DNA from: Felis catus
Taxonomy: Eukaryota
Length of the DNA stretch: 64,000 bases
Direction of reading: 5' to 3'
NCBI RefSeq assembly: GCF_018350175.1
Contig: NC_058383.1
Coordinates: forward strand, 12,278,001-12,342,000
A model generated the notes under the pieces. That model made no database searches and had not been told where the DNA came from. It worked only from the letters and a program-made list of their open reading frames with translations. Below are positions 36,331-50,038 of the stretch, piece after piece (the first letter of the stretch is position 1; the number at the start of each line of letters is the position of its first letter). Made by a program: the position numbers and the translations under genes.

Positions 36331-37260
36331 GTGGGGGGCACCCGGGGAGCCCTCAGGGATGTCTGTGACACCGGGACTCCGTCCCACGGCGCCCAACTCC
36401 TCATGCTACCCCATTGCCTGAGGGACAGGGACCCCGTCTCATTTCATTCTAGATCTCCAGACCTTTGACCGGTCCCTAACACTGGGTGACTTCTTGGTGG
36501 GGACTTACGGAAGAGGGGGCGGGTGAGTGACCCAGTGGGTAACTGGAGTTAGAACGGAAGTCCGGGACTTAATAACACAAGTCACTGGCTGTTGCACTGA
36601 AACGGTATAGACACGCTCTAAAGGTGAGCGTCAGGTCAGGCATCTCCAGACCTCAGTGTTCTGGGGAAATGTAGCCAGGGATGTGAAGGAAGCACCAGAA
36701 ACAGATGCTGACGCAAAAGGAAGCGTGTTAACCAAGCCTTCCGGGTGCTTTAATGCTCTTGGACAGAGGTACGATTTGCCCAGGGTCCAGGGTCACTGCT
36801 GCCCATAAAGCAAAGAAGCCTGAGCCTCACGTACCTCCGCCCTCAAATAGCCTGGGGACAACCGGGCCTGTGCGTGAGACGGAGAAGAGAGCAGAAAAGG
36901 AAGCAACGGGCAATCTCGGCTAGGAGGGAGGCCGGCCCCCATGCCCATGACCATGAGATGGCGTTCTGCACGGGCTCCGGGTGCCGTGCTTAGACAGAAG
37001 TCACCGCGGGACCGGCCGTGGAGTCCTGAGCCTCTCCTGCAGCCAAATTTGGTCCAACGCCTTGATTTAATTACACTCCTAGGTGCCTCGGGAAGCTTGC
37101 GTTCTCTTATCCACGATGCATATTAAGCTGGTAGACCTACGATTTCCCCCGCCGGGCAGGCTCCTAGTTTTGCATATTGGTGCCCGTTTACTTTGCTCCT
37201 TTCTAATTTCCCATCCTCCCGGCCCTGCGTCCCCCACCTGCTCCCCATAATAATTTCTAT

Positions 37261-37261
<1 letters not shown>

Positions 37262-37291
<30 letters not shown>
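37262..37291. repeat. (CA)n microsatellite
   Basis: Direct read; other CA/TG runs at ~41549-41570, ~46823-46865 and ~60071-60093. Confidence 0.97.
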
Positions 37292-37292
<1 letters not shown>

Positions 37293-38294
37293 CCGCCTCC
37301 CCTCTCTCCCTCCTCCGACTCCACCCAGATGGTGAGGAGCACACACCTGAGTGACCAGCGCCCCCTTTTACACCTGCCACAGTTCGGGGCTCTCGTCTTT
37401 AAGTGGAGGCGCCCTGGCTATAAACGGTCAAGGAAGCAGCTCAGAGACCCGCACGTCCTCACGGACGTCAGCCCTCGCCTCCCTCTGGACGTGCCGCCTC
37501 CCGGAAGGTGGCCAAGGTCCTTACGATATCTGGGGGACCACACTATCTCTCCAAGGAGGAAACAGGAATAAAGGCTGGCGGGGGCAGGTTGGGGTGTCCA
37601 GCCAAACTCTGCCTGGCTCCTACGTGTCCTCTCTCGGCCACTGCTTACGATTAGAGGACTCCCCGTGGTGTCTTGGTCCACTGTGCTAGATGTTACCTGG
37701 CTCTTGGACCCCGGTGGCAAGTTCATGCTCCAGCGGAGCCCGAGGTCCGTTGCCGTCCGTGAGCAGTCTTTCCGCCAAACCCAGGTGCAAGCATCTCCCT
37801 TCACGTGGAACCATCTGGACACTTCTAACCTGCTTGGTCCTCCGAGAAATCCTCCGTCGGTTGGTCCTGTGGCCACTGGAGACCAGATGAACTCCCTGCC
37901 TCCTCGTCTATACCGCACGCTGGATGACACTCTCAGGGGCTCCCAACCCTTGGAGAGGGTGGTGACAGAATCCGCCTGCTGCCATGAACTCTATTTCTCC
38001 TTCACTCCGATCATTCCTTGCGAGGACCGGGGAGCAGGAAGGAAGTGAGCCCCAGGGGTAGCAGAATTCCAGGGAGACCTGTCTTCACGCCTATCAAGAC
38101 TTTCTGATAGACACCCTTCCGGAGACTCGCTGACAGACGGCTGCTGTTTACGTTTGCAAATTTTCATTAAAAACAAAACAAAACTGAAACAGACATTTTA
38201 AGGTAGGGGCATCCCTGGTGATGGGAGAGAGAGAGTCTTTGAAAGTCGCATGAAATGTACATGGCTTACCCTATGTAAATTGCAGCCTCGATTT

Positions 38295-38515
38295 GAGTGC
38301 CACCTGCTAAATACATAGCGCGTTTAATACATAACTCATTTACTCCTCACTAGACCCCTCCAAGGTAGTGGTATTTTCATTTCCTTTTCATAGATTAGGC
38401 AATCAGGGTTCTTAAACGGTGGATGATTTGCCCAGGTCCCACTGGGACTAAGTGGCAGGATAGAGATCCAAGCTCAGATGTCTTTATTCCAAACCCCATG
38501 CACTTAACCACTATG
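38295..38515 (-). mobile_element. MIR fragment
   Basis: ataactcatttactcctcac...gatttgcccaggtcc...aagtggcagga...cacttaaccactatgc. Confidence 0.8.
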
Positions 38516-39785
38516 CAGAAAAGACATCCAAGTGGGACCAGCTGACAGTGTAGACTCCCTGCCATCCCCATGAGGGCACGTGGCAGGGCCGGCAGAATTT
38601 AGAGCCTGTCTCAGTTTGAGGACAACCGACTCTAGTTTATGAGGCTTTCCAAAAGTCCCAACCACCAATGGAACAAATTCATAGGGTCAGCTGGTTAAGT
38701 CAGGGGTCCCCGATTCCTTTGGGGGACGTCACACAAGTCTCCCTGCCATTCAGGAGAAATTGTGTCTCCTCCACACAGAGGTCCAAGGGAAGCCATCCAT
38801 CCTCCTGGGGGCACCTGGGACACCTAGAACTGATCAGAAACTGGGATCATCTTTAAAGCCAAAGTCACCCCGTTTGGCAGCCTGGGTTTTCCAACCTCCC
38901 TGTAAGAAGAAATCATCAGGCAGCCAGCAGAATTCTTGCTACTGGACAGAGCGCTTTCTTCTATCAGTTCTGACAAGTTCTTGCTGAGTTTTCTTTTCCA
39001 GGCTGGATGCAAAGACCATCTTTCGATTATTAGCGTCTTTGTTTAGATGAACGAGGAATGATTGGTCAGGCTGAAGCTGGCTTTCCTTTGCAAGCCCATC
39101 CTGAGCACACTCTGGCCAATCAGCACCGAACACGGTGCCAGTCTGGTGGGATTGTCTGGGGGTCCCCAAATCTCCTCAGGGGCGCCTTTACAAAGGCTCC
39201 TGGAATAGATTGCATCTGCCACTCCTTCCATGCGTTATGTGTTGGTTTATACTGGTTATCTCCTCGATGATAAACTGGGGATCGTTACGTTGGATGATGC
39301 TCTCAGTGGTGGCGGGGAGGAGGAGGCTGATGATGGGGCTAAGTGACCTGTCTCCTAAGTTCGCCGTGAAGGTCATCAAAGTGAAATATCGGAGAATGTG
39401 AACTATAAAGAGCCGAACTGAAGCGGCCTTGCCTGACAGACGGTATGACAGGATAGAGCAATCCGCTGGACCGGGAGTTTGCTTGTATGCCATTTGCGAG
39501 GCTGGGCACGTCGCTTAACGTTTCGGGGGGGGGGTCCCTCTCCCATCTGTGAGATCCAAGGCATGACTTTTGCCTTTGCTACCAGCAGGGAGGTTACAGA
39601 ACCCAAAGTGAGCATCCCGCAAAGTCATTTGTAAACTGTCAGGTATTGTGCAGGCATACAGCTAAATTCACCAAGGGAAGTTTCTAACATGGAGAAACCA
39701 TATGGCAAAAGCCTTTTGTAAGGCACATCATCTCCTGCTTGTATGTTTCTTCAGTCCAAAGGATGCTTAGATTTCAAGTTAATTG

Positions 39786-40017
39786 TTTTAAGTTTATTTA
39801 TTTATTTTGAGAGAGAGAGAGAAGGGGCGTGAGCATGAGTGGGGGAGGGGCAGAGAGCGAGGGCGGGGTGGAGGGGGTGGGGAGAGAGAATCCCAAGCAG
39901 GCTCCATGCTGTCTGGGCAGAGCCCGATGCGGGGCTCGAACTCACGAACCGGGAGTTCATGACCTGAGCCGAAATCAAGGGTCAGATGCTCAGCCAACTG
40001 AGCCACTCAGGTGCCCC
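39786..40017 (-). mobile_element. CAN-SINE (in the tail of the next copy)
   Basis: Full length. Confidence 0.93.
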
Positions 40018-40026
40018 TCAACTGTA

Positions 40027-40226
40027 TTTTTTTAAGTTTATTTATTTGTTTAGAAAGGGAGGGAGAACATGCGCAGGGGAGAGAGCCAGAGGGAGAGAGG
40101 CTATCCCAAGCGGGCTTCTCACCATCAGCGCGGAGCCCGACAGGGGGATCCGTCCCACGAACCGTGAGCTCGCGACCTGAGCTCAAAGAGTTGGACGCTT
40201 AACCAACTGAGCCATCCGGGTGCCCC
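40027..40226 (-). mobile_element. CAN-SINE
   Basis: Degenerate outer TSD tagatt(t/c)caa spans both tandem copies. Confidence 0.92.
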
Positions 40227-42031
40227 TAGATTCCAATCTTAAACAAGCTGCGATGAATTTACCACAGGTCCATACTGCAGAGAACTCCAGTCACTGGCTA
40301 TTTGATGAATGAATGAATGAATGATGCCAGGTATAACGAAGAGATGGCTCTATTTTGATAGGTTCAATGCCACATGATGTGTTTAAACTCCTCCATATAA
40401 TTAGCTTCATGAACCATCACCGGGCAGCATAAATCTTTATTGGTACTAACTGAGAGTATCTGAATTACCGAAAAATGTGCTCTTACTCCAAGTCTGATTA
40501 AGAATTGTGACACCCGTTAGACAGCGTTTCTGTTCATTGAGCATCGAGTGAGCGAAATGCATACAGACGCAGGGAACCGGGTCGGCACGCGGGCGACACT
40601 TGGCCGTGCACTTGCTTTCGCGGCCAGCTTCAGCGCTGCCCTGGGCTGCAACCCCACCGGGTGCCCCGGGCTCTGCTGCGGATAAAGGAAAACCCTGCCA
40701 GCTTGCCTCACAGCCAGGCGGCCGTCTCTTCTCTCCTAGCCCTTCGGTGGCCAGACCACAGCCTTCGCATCCCCCTCAGAATCACACAGGAGATGGTCCC
40801 GCTCACCCCGCCATCGGCAAAGTCAATGGCAGTCTGTTCGTGCTAGCAGAAAAGAAAGCCACGGCTCTCTGGTTTCCTGGGCACCTCGCATCTGGCTTTC
40901 TCTACCTCGGTCCCCCCTTTCAAGCCCCACCAGGACATCCTTCCCTGGTCAGCCCTCTGAACCTCACGCCATGCGTGTGACCCCTCTAGGTGACAGAACG
41001 CTCCCCTCAAAGTGCATTTTCCGGCATTTCCTTAACACCGTGAAAATTAATGGACTGGAAGATTCGTGCTCAGTTCTCGAAAAACTCTGAAAATGCTGCG
41101 GTGGGAGGAAGCCTGGGCCGGTGGTGACAACGATGGCTGACGTGGAAGCTGACCAATCCAGATAATTGGCCACAGACCTCTCATCTCGCCCGCATCCCTC
41201 TGTCACTCAGCAGGGACCCGGCCGATCATTCCATCAATACATTTATTTTGTCAGCTGTCACTGCATGGCGCCCACACGTCTCAGCTGGGTAATGTGGGCC
41301 GAGACATGGAAACCTGCCAATAGCAGAATCATTCCGTCCCTATCACGTGCCTTTCTTGTCATATGGATTTTCAATGCATTTCTGCCTGGCTTGGCAAATC
41401 TAAGCCATGACCTTGCTTTTAGCTGCTGGGTCCCTTTAATTATTACTATCAAGTCCAACCAGCTTGAGTCAGTACATTCCCGAACTGCATTAACTCAGTA
41501 AGTTCTACCCATAAGATTTCTATTCTTTTCTGTCCAACATCCCCCTCTACACACACACACACACACACACTTTTCCTATGACTGTTCATGCACGGTTTCT
41601 CTTTGAATAACTCTACTCCTGTCAGAAGGAGAGTACTGGATTCCTGACGATGTCAGATAACTAAACCATTGCCCGTTCAGCACCGAGTCCTGAACTTCCC
41701 AAACCGAGTACTGTAACAGGTTCACGGGATATCAGTCATCATTTTGAGATCGTTTGGAGGCCAAGCAAACGGTCCAAGCGTGGTTTTCAGAGAAAAATGA
41801 CCTCTCCTTTCACTATAACCCCAGGGATGAAGTGAAGACGTCACATACCTCATGAGGAAGGGATCGGGAAATGGCCTGTTTTCCCCCCCTGGGACTAGAG
41901 ACCCCTTTGGGGGCTCTTCCCTTTCTGAGACCTTCGTCTGCTGGTCCCCAGGCAAGGGGCACTAACTACAGTGATTTCGCTCAGAGGTGACAGGCGGGAC
42001 GCGAAGGCATGGAAGGGAAGGGAATGTGAGC

Positions 42032-42212
42032 TTTTTTTTTTTTTAATGTTTATTTATTTTTGAGAGAGAAAAAGCGTGAGCAGAGGAGGGGCACAGAGAG
42101 AGGGAGGCACAGAATCCGAAGCGGGCTCTGAGCCGTCAGCACAGAGCCGGACGGCGGGGCTCGAACTCACGAACCGTGAGATCACGACCTGAGCTGAAGT
42201 CGGACGTTTACC
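42032..42212 (-). mobile_element. CAN-SINE lacking the 5' head
   Basis: Body stops at gaagtcggacgtttacc. Confidence 0.9.
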
Positions 42213-42299
42213 GGCCTGCAACCGAAGCTGCAAAGCTTCCAGCTTATCTCGAAACCATCATCCCACTCCCGATCCCTCTCAGGACAATCAGCGCAAATG

Positions 42300-42790
42300 G
42301 CCCAGAGAGCCTCCTGCTTAATTCCCAATGTTTATAATTCTCTTCTCTGGCAGCATAATCGTGACTTCCCACTGGCAATGTCACCCACCAGAAAGAGTAC
42401 ATTCCGCAATCTCCCTTGCGGCTTACAGGCAGACATGATTAGGTTCTGGCCGGTGAGATACACATATAAGCCGTGTGACATTTCCAGGAACTATTTTTTT
42501 TAAAGAGGAGGCATTCCCTCTTTCCTTCTCCTTCCTCTCCTTGTTGCACGGAACACGTCTGTGAGGCCTGGCACTCCAGCAGCCATCTCGGGTTATGAGG
42601 ACAGGCTCACGGCCTAGGAACGTGGAGCCAAAGGAGTCTGGATCTATGACATCCCCTCGTAATGACTTGATCATTCATGGGCTGCTTCTATTCCAGGGAC
42701 TTTTTTATATGAGAGGTAAATACACACACGCCATCAGGTTTTTGGGGGGTTTGCTGTTATAGACGGGCCAACGCGAACGGATGTACCTGA
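42300..42790 (+). mobile_element. Old ERVL/MaLR LTR relic
   Basis: gtacattccgcaatctcccttgcggct...ttctggccggtgagat...cagcagccatctcggg. Confidence 0.6.
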
Positions 42791-43284
42791 TTTCTCTGCT
42801 CTCTGCGTCTCCATTAACTCAAAGACCAGCTGAACTGAATCGCTTCCAATCCTTGCTTCTCCTCTTGCTTCATTTCAAAGATTCAAAGTCTCATGATGGA
42901 TTTTCCAATGACCTGAGCTTAGATCAGGTGCCCACCCTGCCTCCACCAGGGAGGAGGGGCATTGAGTGTGGAGGAAGAAGCCCCCAGAGACTCCCTAAAT
43001 TGACCGCACCTCCTGGAGTGAATGATAATTTCCCAAAGGGAATTAACATTGCTGCCGACAAAAGTCCACCCCCCCCCATCCTCTGTTCCTCGCGTTCCTG
43101 TTCACCAGCCGGTGGCTTCTGGGACCCCAGGAGTCGTTACTGGGGCTGTAATCAGTGTGGCTGTGATTGTAGGTGCCAGGATCCGTGACCGCCAGGAAGA
43201 GACAGACACTATCATCTCTAGGTGACTCGAGCAAGGGGATAAGGAAGCACGTCTTTGCAGCACAGAAGAGGGTCTGAGACTCCT

Positions 43285-43885
43285 TTGTTCAGCATTTATC
43301 GCAAGGCTACTAAATACCAGGTCTGTGCAAGATACTGGGGACATAAGGGTGACGAGATAACCGTCCTACCTGACGCTCGCCGGGTGGAGGGAGGTGCCCA
43401 AGTTGACAAACCAAGGTCGAGAGACCGGTGGGGTTAAAGGAGCCCACCAGAGGGGGTGTGTAACCCCGGCAGGTGGCAGGGGAGAGGCGTGGCGGGGGAT
43501 TATCTCCACCCTGAATCCAGCCTAGAAGCATAAGGGGAGTCAGGCAAAGCAGGAGGGAAGTGGAAAGGAAAGCAGACGGGAGACAGCGGAGAGAGGAAGG
43601 GAGCGCGTGTCACAGGTCACACAGTGGCCTGACTGCACAGCCCAGAGCGTGAGGGGACACAGTGGCGCAGAAGCAGGCCACGGAGGGCCCCGACGGGTGT
43701 GAGGCAGAGCCTGGAATTCACCCTGTCGCCAAGAGAGAGCTGCTGCAGCATCGTCATCATGAGCGCGGCGTGACGAAATGTGCCTTCTAGAATGATTAGA
43801 AAGACTGCTCAGTGTGGAGAACGGGTGGGAGAGGACGGGGCAAGAATCAAGCCCCGGTGACCGGTTAGGAGCCTGTTGAAATAAC
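43285..43885 (-). mobile_element. Degenerate L2 fragment
   Basis: tttgttcagcatttat...actggggacataa...gaaagactgctcagtgtggagaa...gaccggttaggagcctgtt. Confidence 0.6.
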
Positions 43886-43891
43886 ACAACC

Positions 43892-44070
43892 GGGGGCACC
43901 TGGGTGGCTCAGTCGGTTGAGGGTCAGACTTGGGCTCAGGTCATGATCTCACAGCTCGTGAGTTCGAGCCCCACGGCGGGGCGCACAGGGCCGCTCCGAA
44001 TCCTCTGGCCCCCTCCCTCTGCCCCTCCTCCGCTTGGGCTCTCTCAGAAATAAAGACACGTGTAAAAACT
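43892..44070 (+). mobile_element. CAN-SINE (diverged)
   Basis: gggggcacctgggtggctcagtcggttg head. Confidence 0.9.
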
Positions 44071-44412
44071 GATTTTTAACACAAACGATACAATCAAAAA
44101 TAACGGGTGTCCTGAACGGAGAGGAACGTTGCTTTAGGGGGGTGGAAAAAAAAGTGCAGCAATGTTCTGGCTGGTTCTTACTTCATTCCCCCAGTGAGAG
44201 CCAAAAACATAATGTTGTAGCGCAGGCATCTCTGTGTGCATCCAGAGGAACAGAGGCCAAGTGTACAGATTGCTGGGATCCCACTTGTACGGGAGCAGAG
44301 CGTCGGAAAATTAGCAGCTAGCTCAGTGCGCCTTAGACCGTCTCGTTGGGACTTCTGTGGCCTCCAACAAGCCCGCCCCATGTCAGGAGCTGGGCGGCTG
44401 GTGTTGTCAGCG

Positions 44413-44622
44413 GGGGGCCGCCTGGGTGAAGCGTCCGACCTCGGCTCGGGTCTTGATCTCGCGGTTCCGGGGTTTGAGCGCCGCGTCGGGCTCTGTGCCG
44501 CCAGCTCGGAGCCTGGAGCCTGCTTCGGATTCTGTGTCTCCCTCTCTCTCTGCCCCTCCCCCGCTCATGCTCTGTTTCTCTCTCTTTCTCAAAGATAAAT
44601 AAACATTAAAAAAAAAAAAAAA
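44413..44622 (+). mobile_element. CAN-SINE
   Basis: Small deletion in the A-box region; A tail. Confidence 0.92.
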
Positions 44623-45043
44623 GCATGGTGTTGGCATTCTGAATGAACGACGGAGGGATGAATGAACGTGGGAGCTTATCAGTTCCATTTCTGGATCAGG
44701 GCCGCCCTGGCTCCTATAGTTAACCATCAGGGAGAGATTTCTCCCCCCTGCTTCCCATCTCTGGCCTTTCGGTTTAAATACTTCTTAAAATAACTGGAAA
44801 GTGCTACTGAACTATTCCCTACCTCTCCATACCACTCAAAGAAGTCAGCCATTGTCCCCCATCAGACATGGGGTCTGGGACGGGTGTGGGACAACCGATA
44901 GCCTGGACTTTTAGGTGATCTTGTAGCCTTTTGCTGACTGCGGAGGTGGATAATTTGGGAAACATATTTTTGGAAACGCTATAAATGCAGAACGAAAAGT
45001 AAGCAGGTAGATACTCTTGTGACTCTATAAAAACCTTCCCTGA

Positions 45044-45200
45044 GGGGCGCCTGGGTGGCTCGGCCAGTTCATCATCGTCCGACGCTTGACCTCAGCTCAG
45101 GTCTTGACATCAAGATTGTACGTTCAAGCCCCACGTTGCTCTCCATGCTGGGTGTGGAGGGCACTAAAAAACAAACAAAGGAAACAAACAAACAAACAAA
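45044..45200 (+). mobile_element. Short CAN-SINE variant lacking the (CT)n region
   Basis: ttcaagccccacgttg...ccatgctgggtgtggag + (caaa)n tail; TSD ccttccctga. Confidence 0.88.
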
Positions 45201-45639
45201 GCAACCCTTCCCTGAGCTGTCTGTGTTCACTTTGGAGTCCTGTAAGAAGCAATCGTCCTGGTGGGAGTGAATCCAGCAAGGGAAATAATGTGCCGAGTTA
45301 GTCGGTGTGTGTTTATGCTGGATTGCCCATTACGGGTTCACTCCCTTTCCATCCCGCCTCTTAACCTTCTGAAAGAAGAAAAGGAACGTTTCTAGGGTCA
45401 GTCCGCATCCAGGGTTATCATGCAAACGCTGACCTGTCTCATATTCAAGGAATTCTAAGAATATTCACCAATGCCTCCCTTTCCTTTCCACTGTGTTTCA
45501 AACACATTCATGAACGCCCTTGGATCTAGGGTCCCTGAGATGCTGCAGGAAACTTCCAGGGGCCTCCGTGCCACCACGAAACAGTGCTTGGTCACACAAA
45601 ATGATAGCACAAACTATTGTTCAGCCAAGAAGCATCTGT

Positions 45640-45875
45640 GTACCACCTCACACCCATTAGGATAGCTATTATTTAAAAGAGAGGCGAGAAAGAGAGAGAG
45701 AAAATAATGCGTTGGCAAGGATGTGGAGAAATCGGGACCCTTACGCACTGTTGGTGGGAATGTAAAATGGTGTAGCCACTACAGAAAACAGAAAGGTGGC
45801 TTCGAAGAACTACTATATGATCCAGCAAAGAACTGGAAACGGGCTCTAAAAAAGGTACCTGGGCACCCATATTAA
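45640..45875 (+). mobile_element. Old L1 ORF2 C-terminal fragment
   Basis: taccacctcacacccattaggat...gttggcaaggatgtggagaaa...ctgttggtgggaatgtaaaatgg. Confidence 0.88.
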
Positions 45876-45887
45876 GATTGGCGGGAT

Positions 45888-46106
45888 GGGGGACCGCTTG
45901 GGTGGCTCAGTGGGTTAAGCACCCAACTCTTGGTTTCAGCTCAGGTCGCGATCTCACGGTTTATGAGTTCGACCCCCAGGTCAGGCTCTGTTCTGATGGT
46001 GCAGAGCCTGCTTGGGATTCTCCCTCCCTCTCTCTCTCTCTCCCATTCCTTCTACCACTCCAATGGTCTCTCTCAAAATAAATAATTAAACTTAAAAAAA
46101 AAAAAA
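45888..46106 (+). mobile_element. CAN-SINE
   Basis: Full body. Confidence 0.93.
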
Positions 46107-46820
46107 GACCACGAACTTGGGAATCACTCAGACGTCTCCTTTAGTGGCTATGTGAAATCTCTTGGTCTGTCTTATCACCTGTCAAATGGGTACCCTAATA
46201 TCACCTATGTGCTAGCACTCCTATGAAGATTAATTTCAACATGGCCCATGGGGTCCTTAGCATCTGCCCAGCACAATGTCCGTTCTCAGTAAATGGAACC
46301 ACGACCATTATAAAGGAGACGAACACACACGAGCCTTTAAAAAGTAAGGACGCGAGAACAGCTCAGGCTCGCTTAACGCTAGGTGCCCGTAGTAGTTTGG
46401 TTACAGTTTTGAGTTAATCCCTGACCAGGCTGAATTCTCTCCCGGGCTCTAAGATCACGGAGCATAAACGTCACTGAGCTGCCTCCAGCTACTCATTTTT
46501 GAGTTACCTGCAGACACTTGGGTTCATGAGAAACAGGAAGACATACAGATAGGAGCCATTATCAGCATCTCTTCAGGCCCTTTCCGAGCGGAGCCCAGGA
46601 TCTCGGGGGCCGTAAGCACACAGCAAATAAGCCCTGCAGCCGTCAGGAGCTGCCTCCCTGGGCTGTGACTGGTGCATCTGCGGGCGATGTCGGAGTCTGA
46701 TTGCTGGACGCGTCAGAGACAAAACAGGGGAGATTAAATGGACCCAAGAAGGACAGAGCGAGGTGATGACGGATCTTCATGGGAGTGTTCGAAAGAAAGA
46801 ATTCGAGAACACAGAAAATG

Positions 46821-46857
<37 letters not shown>

Positions 46858-47071
46858 ACACACACGGAAAATGTAGCAGAACTTGACACAGTAGGAGGAT
46901 CCTTCCGTCCCCCCAGGAGCTCTCTGGGACCTGGGCAGATCTGAGATACAATGCAGGGCTAAGTGTTCTTGGAACATTTGGGAAGCTTCTCACAGGGAGG
47001 GGCCAAAGTCCTATCCGAGGTAAGGAGGTTCCCCTACGTTTTAAGGGGGGCGGGGGAATAATAAGGCCCTA

Positions 47072-47260
47072 CACAGGTTTGCAAAGATGTCCCCAGACCA
47101 GCAGCAGGCAGGATTATCTGGGAACGTGTTAGAAATGCGAAATTCTCCAGTCTCACCCCAGACCTACTAAATCAAACATTCCGGTGCTGGAGACCCAACG
47201 TCTGCGTTTTAACACGCCCCCGGGGTGAGTCTGACCCGCATGAAACATTGAGAACCATGG
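47072..47260 (+). mobile_element. MER5A-like hAT-Charlie DNA transposon
   Basis: gaccagcagca...tgttagaaatgc(g)aaattctc...ccccagacctact...ttgagaacca. Confidence 0.85.
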
Positions 47261-47789
47261 TCCTCAAACACAGAGGCAAATGAAATATATACGAAATATA
47301 CATACATTCAAAGCATGCTAAGAAAAAGTATCCAAAACTTGGAAATCAAGCAAAGAAAGCAAAGTGGGACCTTTTAATATCCCCCTGAGGAATTATTCAG
47401 GGGGCAACCATTCTTCAGAGGAATCTACCCCTGGTTGAATTTGCTACTTATTATCCATTGGACCCAACACTAGAAAGCTCTTTGTAACTCCTAGCTTCCT
47501 CTCCTAGAAAAGATGACCCCAAAGGCTGTGGGTTTTAATTCCCTTATGGGACAGTAAGCGTTTTGTATCCGACTTAGTAGTCTTTTTTAAAATGTGTACT
47601 TGCTTGTTTTTGAAAGAGAGAGAAAGAACACGGACTTCAAAGGGTCACGGAGCAGTAGGATTTCAAGCTGAAATGCTTTGCAGACACCCCAGCGTGGAGT
47701 GCCCTGCTCAGCATGAGTTTAGAATTTGAGACGGAGTCATCGGTGGTTTTCTCATGTCTGCTAGAGTCAAATTTGTTTTACGGAGATGA

Positions 47790-48180
47790 GAATAACTAGC
47801 ATTTACTGAGCACCTTCAAGGAGTCAGGCGTTGTTCTCAATGCTCTACCTGTGTTCGTTCATTTAATTCTTAAAGTTCGTTTGTTTATTTTTGAGAGAGG
47901 CAGAGGGATGGGGGGAGAGACAGGGAGACAGAGAATCCCAAGCAGGCTCTGCAGAGCCCAATGCAGGGCTCGAACCCACCAACCACGAGACAGATCATGA
48001 CCTGAACCGAAATCAAGAGTCAGATGCTCAACCGACTGAGCCACCCAGGCGCCCCTCATTCATTTAATTATTGACCGCTTCTTACGGTATCGTTACTAAC
48101 CTGTTGAGAGGTCGGGAAACTAAGGCACAGAGAATTAGATAACTTCTCCAAGGCCACGTAGCCAGTAAGGGGCAAATGGA
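47790..48180 (-). mobile_element. MIR split by a SINE
   Basis: tagcatttactgagcacc...gaaactaaggcacagagaattagataactt. Confidence 0.75.
47865..48055 (-). mobile_element. CAN-SINE
   Basis: TSD ttcatttaatt. Confidence 0.93.
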
Positions 48181-48406
48181 GGCAACGACACTGAGATGCT
48201 TGGTATCATACTTAGGACCTCACTTTTGTTACTTTATTTATTTATTTATTTATTTTCACTTTTGTTACTTTAAACTTCCATACCTGAGCCTAATTAAGGG
48301 ACCTTGGTGAAGCAGCGGCTGACACATCCTTTCAAAGATTTGAAATACATTAGAGCTACCTTTCCAATTCAGGGCCTGCCTGAGTATGTTACTTTAAGAG
48401 TGTTAT

Positions 48407-48540
48407 GGGGGGGGGGGCGGGGGCGGTGCCTGGCTGGCTCAGTCAGTGGAGCCTCCGACTCTTGATCTCAGGGTTGGAGGTTCGAGCCCCATGTTGGGTG
48501 TAGAGATTATTTACAAATAAAATCTTAAAAAAAAAAAAAA
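48407..48540 (+). mobile_element. Short CAN-SINE variant with poly-G head
   Basis: cctggctggctcagtcagtggagc...gttcgagccccatgttgggtgtagagatt; TSD aagagtgttat. Confidence 0.9.
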
Positions 48541-49825
48541 GAGTGTTATCGAACTCTCCAACACACTCCATGTCTACTGTCCAAAACATGAGAAAAAGCG
48601 ATTCTTCGTGGAGTTGAGACTCAGTGCTCAAACACATGAAAGGCACCCAGTCCCCTGCCTCTGACACACCACCATAGATGCCTGCCAAGCGTGATCGGCC
48701 CGTAGTATTGCCCGTCACATCGGGACGAAAGCTTCCCCCAATTGTAAGGGTCTCCGACACCTTACGAGCCAGTTGGGGAATATGTGTGTGTGGGGGGGTG
48801 TGAATGAGCCCCTGAACTCACACTAGGCCCCCTGGGTAGATTCCCAAAGCAAACCCGACCTGGAGCTTTCAGTTGACTTAGAATGACAGGGAATGCGCGG
48901 GGCTGTCTCTGTTAAGGAAAGAGAGGGAAGAAGTGAATAGATGCGAACGCTACCTGCTAAAGACAAATGGGAAAGTGATTCCAGGGCACTCGAATTACCC
49001 AAACACACACAGGGTCCCTCCGCTCCTTCCTACCAGCCTGTGGGAACAAAATGATAGGACTGAACGTGCCCACCTCCACGAGAAAGGGCATCAGGCCGCC
49101 TCGTCAACTCGCTGCTGTCTCTTTCATATCCGTCCGTGCTCCCAGGAACACCTGTCGCGGGAGGGCAGGGTCTGGGGGCGTCCCCGCGTCTGGGAATTAA
49201 GTGCTCCGAAGGGTGCGGGCGGGGGCCATTCCTCTCCAGGAGGAGGTCTTTCCCTGGGGTTTGTAATCATAAATCCGGAGGGAGGGAAAAAAAATACATC
49301 TTTAATTTTCCCTTACCGCTAAGTGGGACGTAGCCTTTCCTTCCATTACGGACACAGACATCACACTGCCGTAGCCCGTGCGGGACCTGGGAGTCTCTCC
49401 CTAATAAAATCACAGACATTTTCCGATCACATGGTGCGTGGGTGGCTATCACAAGAGATCAGTCATGTTCGTCATGACTTCAGCTTTAGGCTCATGGTTA
49501 GAGCCTAACCACACCCAGAGTGCGTGACCCACGTGTTAATGCAGAAGCCGATCCGTTTACCGTGCCACGCATTTGTGTTGGTAACGTGGAGATAAATGGT
49601 TTAAGGGTCACTGGCTTCTTCTGGAATCCATTCTATGTGATTTGTATTCTTTAAGAATGGGCTTCTGGGAAGGGGACTGTAGGGCTCGCAGACTCTCAGG
49701 GGTCCTGGGCTTCAGTTGGGTGGAACCAGCCTGCTGCCTACGAACCAAAGCATCAGGACCTTGCATTATACAGAACATGCTCTGCCCACGGGAAAATGTG
49801 ATTCTTTCAATGTGTTTCGTATAGA

Positions 49826-50038
49826 TTTTTTTTTTTTAACGTTGATGTATTTTTGAAAGAGACAGAGCATGAGCAAACAGGGGAGGGGCGGAGAGAGAGG
49901 GAGACAGAGAATCCGAAGCAGGCTCCAGGCTCCGGGCCGTCAGCCCAGAACCCCACGCGGGGCTCGAACTCCTGAACCGCGAGATCATGACCTGAGCCAA
50001 AGTCGGGTGCTTAACCGACGGAGCCACGCAGGCGCCCC
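49826..50038 (-). mobile_element. CAN-SINE
   Basis: Full length. Confidence 0.94.

Noticed and set aside
37418..39493. 100-170 aa ORFs in a SINE-free stretch, including a faint KFA motif reminiscent of CR1 reverse transcriptase
   Set aside because: No recognisable domain; similarity too weak to call without a profile search
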